Shown: positions 50,370 through 57,511 of the stretch, in pieces | How the letters are laid out: each line of letters opens with the position of its first letter | Numbering within the stretch: position 1 is the first letter of the stretch | Program-made: the position numbers and the translations under genes | Assembly: GCF_001194135.2 (NCBI RefSeq) | Contig: NC_068990.1 | Location: forward strand, 14,401,896-14,459,406 | Direction of reading: 5' to 3' | DNA from: Octopus bimaculoides | Lineage: Eukaryota | Length of the DNA stretch: 57,511 nucleotides | Notes under the pieces: generated by a model | What the model was told of the DNA's origin: nothing | Seen by the model: only the letters and a program-made list of their open reading frames with translations | Databases searched by the model: none

Positions 50370-50516
50370 TTAAAGAAAATGATAATTTTGGCTCAGGTGC
50401 ATTGCATATTTTCACTCTTCATATGAGTGGTATAACTCATTCAGAAAAGGAAGGGGATTATTATTTTCTTTTGTTTGTTTATTTTCTTGTAAATGTTTAT
50501 ATCCTAAAATACTTAC

Positions 50517-50622
50517 TTGTATTGCAGCGCTCATTAACCCATGTATGAATGCCATCACTTGTGCAAATACCTTGAATCAAATCACAGTTGTCCTTTCTTT
50601 CAACTACAAAAATTTCATTGGG
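50517..50622 (-). CDS. Mucin exon: remainder of the E-like (vWF-E/FN1-like) module
   Basis: Acceptor ttttgcattttag|CCC; donor ACA A|gtaagt; 106 nt, phase 0-1. Encodes PNEIFVVERKDNCDLIQGICTSDGIHTWVNERCNT and reconciles the phases of both neighbouring exons. Confidence 0.85.
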
Positions 50623-51195
50623 CTAAAATGCAAAAGATGAAAAGCAATATCCATTAGAAATACATATATAATAAACTTTGTAAACAATTGCAGCGTAGAA
50701 GGTGTTTATAAGCCATTTAAAACACACAAGGAATTTTGTTAGTGAACAGGTCGCGGTCTCAAAGCGACGAAAATATTTTGGCAAATTAAATTTAAATGTT
50801 GAAGTGAATCTAATGATTTTTGTATGTTTTAAATGGCTTATAAACACCTTCCACAATGCAATTGTTTTCATTCCAGTACACAATCTCAGATCAGGTCACT
50901 TGCTATGCAAGTACATCTCTGTAAAAAAACTTTGTAAATATATTTCAAATCCATAAAAATAATAATTATTGTTTGTTTTTTTTTTTTGTTTTTTTTTTTT
51001 GAGGTGGAGGTAGTTTTTCTTTTTTCTTTTCTACAAATTTATTGATTCAGAACCAGAGAATGGTCAGATCTATCAATGAAATAAAGAAAGACAGAAAGAA
51101 AGACAGATGAATCAACATAAGAAAATACAGTCAGGATATTTATGTAAGCTTTGACATTTGTTTTTAATTATGTTATTTTTTCATATTTTACTTAC

Positions 51196-51464
51196 TTTGT
51201 AAAATTTTCCATTATGGTAACAAGGACAATCAGTTGGTTTGATACATTCACCTTTCTCTTGAACAAGGTGAGGTGGACACATACAGCCTTCTTCACATTC
51301 AATTTCATCAGTATTAGTAAAGTTGTTATAGGCTAATGTCTCACATGTTTGTAAAATAACACATGTAGTAAATTGCTTTGGTAATGTACAATTATGGGGG
51401 ACTGGAGTTGTTGAAAATGGTGTAACTGTCGTTAAAGACACACTGGATGTTCTGAACGAAGTCT
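51196..51464 (-). CDS. Mucin exon: S/T linker, 8-Cys TIL domain and start of an E-like module
   Basis: Acceptor ttcttgacag|AG ACT; donor TAC AAA|gtaagt; 269 nt. Encodes ...HNCTLPKQFTTCVILQTCET...CEEGCMCPPHLVQEKGECIKPTDCPCYHNGKFYK. Confidence 0.92.
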
Positions 51465-52420
51465 CTGTCAAGAAAATACAAGAAGAAGTCATGAGTAATC
51501 AGTAGAACAAAAATTTGTTTTTCTTAAGAGAATTAATTAGTTGTATATATGCAATGTAAAAATCCAAAAAAAAAACATATGGTTAATGATTGTTTCAAGT
51601 TTAGGTATAAAGTCAGCAATTTTAGGGGAAAGGAGTCCGTTGGTTTGGAGGTGGTTAGTTAATTACACATGCTAATGAGTCTACCACCTCACTACCTTAG
51701 AATATAGTACAGCCCTTATTTTTATAATGATCATAATCATTAAATTTTTTAGATTAAAATTTATTATTTTGAAAGATAGAGAAATAAATTTTTTTATTCT
51801 CAAACGCATGATAATGCTAATAAATAGCATGATCAAGATCAATTATTCAACATTACAGAAAAATACGTTACCAGCCAGCCATGTGACTCGAACTCACATC
51901 TCTGTGATTATGCGTCAAGTGCTTTACCATTAAGCTAAACTGCCCAGTAAGGAATTCTACTGCAATTTTAGAACTTATAAATTTTCATACATCTCAATGC
52001 TTCTAAAACAAGCTTTGTTTACTTTCATCATAAGTTGAATTTATTATTTTGAAATTAATATGAAGGTTTATTCTACAGCAAACACATCAGATCAATCATG
52101 CACACCTTTGTGTTTTATATGAATGTAATAATGTGTACAGCCCCGAGTCATAAAATCTCCATTAATCATTTTGTTTACATGCTGTGTATCCAGGGCAAAT
52201 TCACATAATTACTCTCAACTTAGCCATGTTACATGAACATTTTGTTTTACCATTTTTTCAACACCCATTTTTCCATGATTTTATGGGTCAGATGAAATTC
52301 ATCAAGACAGGCTTTTCTATGGCTGGAAGCTCTTCCTGATACCAAAATCAAAGGACATTGATTAATAGAAAACTTAAAGGACTGGGTATCATACAACAGT
52401 GATTCAACAATAATAGTAAT

Positions 52421-52707
52421 GTCATCAGGGATCTCTCAAGGGAAACCCAGCTTGAATTCCTCTGTTATTTCCTGGAGGACTCTGATGAAGAAGACAAGGC
52501 CAAGGACTGATCCTTGGTGAACTCCTACTTGTACCCTGAATTCATCGCCATACTCATTGCCAACCCTCACCTTACTGGTAGCATCCCTGTACGTGGTTTG
52601 CACAACTCTAACCAATCACTCATTTATCCTTAGTTTCCACATTGACCACCAGATAAGGGAATGGCGGGGGACTGTCAAAAGCTTTATTCATGTCAACCAA
52701 AGCCAGG
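52421..52707 (-). mobile_element. RTE-clade LINE reverse transcriptase fragment
   Basis: LALVDMNKAFD, then after a frameshift SLIWWSMWKLRINE*LVRVVQTTYRDATSKVRVGNEYGDEFRVQVGVHQGSVLG. Confidence 0.88.
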
Positions 52708-52764
<57 letters not shown>

Positions 52765-53031
52765 ATGTATCTTTCTGTCTGTGTTTGTTTCCTACCACCA
52801 CTTAACAATTGGTGTTAGTGTGTTTACGTTCCCCTAACTTAGCAGTTCAGCAAAAGAGTCCTATATAATAAGTACCAGACTTTAAAAAGCAATAAGTATA
52901 GGGGTCGATTCATTTCGCTAATAATTCTGCAAGGCAGTGTCCCTGCATGGTAGCAGTCTAATGACTGAAACAAGTAATAGATTTTCTCAAATTACAAGAT
53001 TCCAGAGAGAAAATAAAAAGGTATACGCTAC

Positions 53032-53301
53032 CTGGAGAAATGGAAGACAGTGAAACAATATTTGTTGTAAAAGGCGTTGTTGTTGTTGATAGTCCTGATG
53101 TTCCAAATGAAGTGGTAAACGAAGCTGTGGTTGATTTTGACCAGCTGGTTACTGTAGTGGACTGACAATAGCTGGGAGTGTGAACACAGAGTGTTCCTTC
53201 CTTCACAAACCCAGGCATGCAAATACAGTCTTCTTCACACATTGTACGAATGCAAATCTCATCGCATGAAGTTTTATTGCAATGACATCTCAAGGAACAA
53301 A
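53032..53301 (-). CDS. Mucin exon: compact 10-Cys TIL-like domain plus S/T linker
   Basis: Acceptor gatttcag|TT TGT; donor CCA G|gtagcg; 270 nt, phase 1-1. Encodes FCSLRCHCNKTSCDEICIRTMCEEDCICMPGFVKEGTLCVHTPSYCQSTT... Confidence 0.88.
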
Positions 53302-53565
53302 CTGAAATCATACAAGAAACATGTACCATTATCTCATCGTCACCATCACCATCATCATTACCACTATCACAATCCTCATCAATGTTTTTGTTTTCTTTTT
53401 CCTATGATGAGTTGGATGAAGCTTAATGAAGTAGAGTTCAATAGTTGGATGCCTTTCCTGTTGCCAACCCTTAACTGTTTTTCAAGTAGGGCATTTTTGT
53501 TTGTATGTGTGTATATGATTATATATATATTTTTTTTTTGTATGTGTGTATGTGATTATATATCG

Positions 53566-53943
53566 TGGAGGTGCAATGGCCCAGTGGTTAGGGCAGCGGA
53601 CTCGCGGTCACAGGATCGCGATTTCGATTCCCAGACCGAGTGTTGTGAGTGTTTATTGAGTGAAAACACCTAAAGCTCCATGAGGCTCTGGCAGGGGATG
53701 GTGGCGAAACNNNNNNNNNNTCACCACAACTTTCTCTCACTCTTACTTCCTGTTTCTGTTGTGCCTGTAATTCAAAGGGTCAGTCTTGTCACACTGTCAC
53801 ACTGAATATCCCCAGAACTACGTTAAGGGTACACGTGTCTGTGGAGTGCTCAGCCACTTGCACATTAATTTCACGAGCAGGCTGTTCCGTTGATGGGATC
53901 AACTGGAACCCTCGACGTCGTAAGCGACAGAGTGCTAACAACG
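53566..53943 (+). mobile_element. tRNA-derived SINE family D, near full length (10-N gap inside)
   Basis: A box TGGCCCAGTGG and B-box-like TTTCGATTCCC, followed by about 300 bp of non-tRNA body shared with 28955-29331. Confidence 0.9.
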
Positions 53944-54555
53944 ATTATATAATAACAAGTTCACTCAGCTCAGTTCCACAAGAAGATAAAGTTGTAAGAA
54001 TTGATAATATGCTCACATCTTCAGTTGCACAGAGCCAGAAGAGAAATCATTTAAATGAACTTTGAAAATGGCTTCCAGAGAAGAATACTTTTGAACCTCC
54101 ATTAATCAGTTGAGGTCATGCAGCTACTTTAACTAAAGAACAATAGAAATTCTTTTTATTAAATACTCCACATGGTTGAGCAGATGTTGACTGCAGGCAC
54201 TTGACATTATGTAATACATGGCATTTTAGTGACAGCCACTACCTTATGGAGATATACATCTGCACAAGATGTATATGTTAAGAAGTCCACATCTCTGAAA
54301 CTTAGATTGATATCTGAAACATTAAACTCTCTACTGCATTCAGCTAAGTGCTGTCTTGCAAGTACTTGGTAAACTCACAAGTGTTGGTGCCATTAAAAAA
54401 AAGTGCCCAGTACATTCTGGAAAGTGGCTGGCATTAGGAAGGACATCCAGTTGAACAAACTATGCCAAAGAAAACAATGGATCCTGGTGCAGCCTTGTGA
54501 TTTGTCAGTTCCTGTCAAACCTGCCAACCCATGCCAGCATGGAAAAAGGAATACT

Positions 54556-54959
54556 GATGATGATGAGGACGATGGTGGTGATGATGATGATGATGGTGAT
54601 GGTGATGGTGATGATGATGATGATGATGATGAGGAGGAGGAGGAGGAGGAGGAGGAGGAGGGCAATGATTTTCTGAGGGATATAATATTAGATATCTTCA
54701 TCTTCATCACTATGAAACTTATCAAACTCTTCCAAGAATTCTCCTATGATATCATTATTTTCCCATGGTCATCACCATCTTCCTTCGATTCCATATTTTA
54801 CTCCATATTCTTCTGATCAACCATTCAAATTACATTAAGCAAATCTAATAATTAACTTTCATTTATTAACAAAAGAAAACCCCCCGAGAAATTCAGGCAA
54901 ATCATATCTGAAGCTTACAATACTTAAAAAAAACATTTTGAGAATTTCATCATCATCAT

Positions 54960-55028
<69 letters not shown>
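54556..55028. repeat. (GAT)n/(GGT)/(GAG)n tract (about 54556-54660) and (CAT)n tract (about 54948-55028)
   Basis: Direct reading; these explain the spurious poly-D/E and poly-S ORFs. Confidence 0.9.
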
Positions 55029-55157
55029 AGTTTAACGTCCGCTTTCCATGCTAGCATGGGTTGGACGATTTGAGTAAGGACTGGTGGATTTGACTGAGGA
55101 CTGGTGGAGATTTAATGAACCAAAAAGGCATAGTATTTATAAAAGAGTTGTGCTTAC

Positions 55158-57511
55158 AAATGATAGTCGTAGTTGACTGGTATTTGGTGGTTGTGGTCAA
55201 AGTTGAGACAGTTCTTGGAGTAGTAGTTGTTCCTGTTGTAGTAGAGGGAGAAACACTTGATGTTGTAACTGAAGGTACAGCAGTTGTTGTAGCTGTTAGG
55301 AAAGCAGTTGTTGGTCCCATAGTCGATGGCTGTGGTGTTGAAGCAGCTGTCGTTGCTGATGGTGCAGCAGTCGTTGTTGTTGTTGATGGTGCAGTAGATA
55401 TCTCCGTCGTTACACCAGACGTTTGCTCAGAAACTACAACTGTAGGTGTACTTGCAACAGTTGTTGTAGAGGACACAATTGTGGTTGCTGTGGTCCCAGC
55501 TGTTGTTGTTGTTGCAGTACCAGTTGTTGCTGATGTTCCCGTAGGGGATATTGCTGTTGTAGATGTTGTTTCTGTTGCAGCAGTCGTTGTTGTTGCAACA
55601 GTTGTTGTTGCTGGTGGTGCAGTAGTTGTTGCTGATGGTGCAACAGTTGTTGTTCCTGATGGTGGAGCAGTCGCTGTTGCTGAGGGTGCAGCAGTTGTTG
55701 TTGCTGATGGTGCAGTAGTTGTTGTTGCTGATGTTGCAGTAGTTGTTGTTGCTGTTGCAGCACTTGTTTTCACAGATGGTGTAGTAGTTGTTGTTGCTGG
55801 TGGTGCAGTTGTTGTTGTTGCTGTTGCTGCAGTCGTTGTTGCTGATGGTGCAGCAGTTGTTGTTGCTGGTGGTGCAGTTGTTGTTGCTGGTGGTGCAACA
55901 GTTGTTGTCGCTGATGGTGGAGCAGTCGTTGTTGCTGATGGTGCAATAGTTGTTGTTGCTGGTGGTGCAGTAGTTGTTGTTGCTGGTGTTGCAGCAGTTG
56001 TTGTTACTGTTGCAGCACTTGTTTTCACAGATGGTGCAGTCGTTGCTGCTGATGGTGCAGTAGTTGATGCTGATAGTGCAGCAGTCGTTGTTGTTGATGG
56101 TGCAGCAGTTGTTGCTGATGGTGCGCCAGTTGTTGTTGTTACTGTTGCTGCAGTCGTTGTTGCTGATGGTGCAGCAGTTGTTGTTGCTGGTGGTGCAGTT
56201 GTTGTTGCTGATGGTGCAACAGTTGTTGTCGCTGATGGTGCAGCGGTCGTTGTTACTGTTGTAACACTTGTTTTCATAGATGGTGCAGCAGTTGATGTTG
56301 CTGATGGTGCAACAGTTGTTGTTGCTGATGGTGCAGTCGTTGTTGCTGTTGATGCAGCAGTTGTTGTGGCTGATGGTACAGCAGTTGTTGTTGCAGTTGT
56401 AACACTTGTTTTCACAGATGGTGCAGCAGTTGTTGTTGCTGATGTTGCAGCAGTCGTTGTTGCTGATGGTGCAGTAGATATCTCTGTCGTTACACCAGAC
56501 GTTTCTTCAGAAACTACAACTGTAGGTGTACTTGCAGCAGTTGTTGTAGAGGGCACAATTGTGGTTGCTGTGGTCCCAGCTGTTGTTGTTGTTGCAGTAC
56601 CAGTTGTTGCTGATGTTCCCGTAGGGGATATTGCTGTTGTAGATGTTGTTTCTGTAGCAGTACTCGTTGATGGTGCAGCAGTCGTTGTTGCTGATGTTGC
56701 AGCAGTTGTTGTTGCTGATGGTGGAGCAGTCGTTGTTGCTGATGGTGCAACAGATGTTGTTGCTGATGGTGGAGCAGTTGTTGTTGCTGATGATGCAACA
56801 GTTGTTGCTGGAGGTGCAGTCGTTGTTGCCGTTGATGCAGCAGTTGTTGTGGCTGATGGTACAGCAGTTGTTGTTGCTGTTGTAACACTTGTTTTCACAG
56901 ATGGTGCAGCAGTTGTTGTTGCTGATGGTGCAGCAGTTGTTGTTGCTGATGATGCAGCGGTTGTTGTTGCTGGTGATGCAGTAGTTGTTGTTGCTGATGT
57001 TGCTGTTGCAGCACTTGTTTTCACTGATGGTGCAGTAGTTGTTGCTGATGGTGCAGCAGTTGTCGTTGCTGGTGCAGTAGTTGTTGTTGCTGATGGTGCA
57101 AGAGTCGTTGTTGCTGATGGTGCAACAGTTGTTGTTGCTGATGTTGGAGCAGTCGTTGTTGCTGATGGTGCAACAGTTGTTGTTGCTGATGGTGCAGCAG
57201 TCGTCGTTGCTGATGGTGCAACAGATGTTGTTGCTGACGGTGCAAGAGTTGTTGTTGCTGCTGTTGCTGTAGTCGTTGTTGCTGGTGGAGTAGTTGTTGT
57301 CGCTGATGGTGCAGCGGTCGTTGTTGCTGAGGGTGCAGCCGTTGATGTTGCTGATGGTGCAGTAGATATCTCCGTCGTTACACCAGACGTTTGCTCAGAA
57401 ACTACAACTGTAGGTGTACTTGCAGCAGTTGTTGTAGAGGGCACAATTGTGGTTGCTGTGGTCCCAGCTGTTGTTGTTGTTGCAGTACCAGTTGTTGCTG
57501 ATGTTCCCGTG
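55158..57511 (-). CDS. Mucin exon: PTS domain 1 (partial; open to the window end)
   Basis: Stop-free T/A/S/P-rich frame (ORF 55051..57444) stays open to 57511. Donor ATC ATT T|gtaagc at 55158 (phase 1). Built from APSATTTA-like units. Confidence 0.93.

Larger units (their letters stand above)
4525..53720. other. Assembly gaps at 4525-4631, 7012-7707, 12567-12576, 16028-16627, 17252-17509, 19198-19213, 25425-25511, 27505-27672, 34784-35094, 46595-46734 and 53711-53720
   Basis: N runs, mostly bordered by (TA)n, (GT)n, (GA)n or PTS repeats. Confidence 0.98.
15330..57511 (-). other. 3' portion of a giant secreted gel-forming-type mucin gene (19 exons in the window; the 5' end lies beyond 57511)
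   Basis: Hand-spliced exon chain with GT-AG ends and compatible phases at all 18 junctions. It encodes two Thr/Ala/Ser/Pro-rich PTS domains, TIL and VWC-like Cys-rich modules, four repeated Cys-bounded modules and a terminal cystine knot, followed by a stop codon and AATAAA. Confidence 0.93.

Noticed and set aside
50604-50607. Alternative acceptor ttttgtag|TT GAA for the E-like exon
   Set aside because: Phase 1, incompatible with the phase-0 donor at 51196; the acceptor at 50622 fits.
53566-53645. Possible tRNA gene
   Set aside because: It continues into a SINE body of about 300 bp shared with 28955-29331, so it is a SINE head.
54393-54816. Acidic poly-D/E ORF (+) and poly-S ORF (-)
   Set aside because: The trinucleotide tail of a family C repeat; the N-terminal part is SINE sequence.
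24133-57272. Poly-Q/L/H and poly-L/M/Q ORFs over both PTS exons
   Set aside because: Alternative-frame readings of the Thr/Ala repeats.

Overview
AT-rich eukaryotic genomic DNA with 11 N-gaps, most next to microsatellites. Dense tRNA-derived SINEs, RTE-type repeats with (CAT)n tails and DNA-transposon MITEs resemble octopus genomes as I recall them (inference; no search run). Positions 1-15.3 kb look intergenic and hold only transposon debris. From about 15.33 kb to the window end lies the 3' part of one very large secreted, gel-forming-type mucin gene on the minus strand. I rebuilt 19 exons by hand, all with GT-AG ends and matching phases at every junction; several (15467-15549, 23342-23425, 31828-31950, 36358-36399, 40176-40217, 46426-46527, 48803-49071, 50517-50622) are absent from the ORF track in their coding frame. 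Order from N to C: PTS domain 1 (runs off the window), TIL, S/T linker, 8-Cys TIL, E-like, TIL, VWC, VWC-like, S/T linker, four tandem 149-aa divergent discoidin/F5-8-type-C-like modules separated by S/T linker exons, PTS domain 2 (about 5 kb, two gaps), two S/T exons, and an 11-Cys C-terminal cystine knot. The most notable observations are the four-module putative lectin cassette, a mosaic third module, a run of symmetric phase-1 exons, and a CpG-decay footprint that appears confined to the gene body. No CRISPR array, rRNA or true tRNA gene was found.
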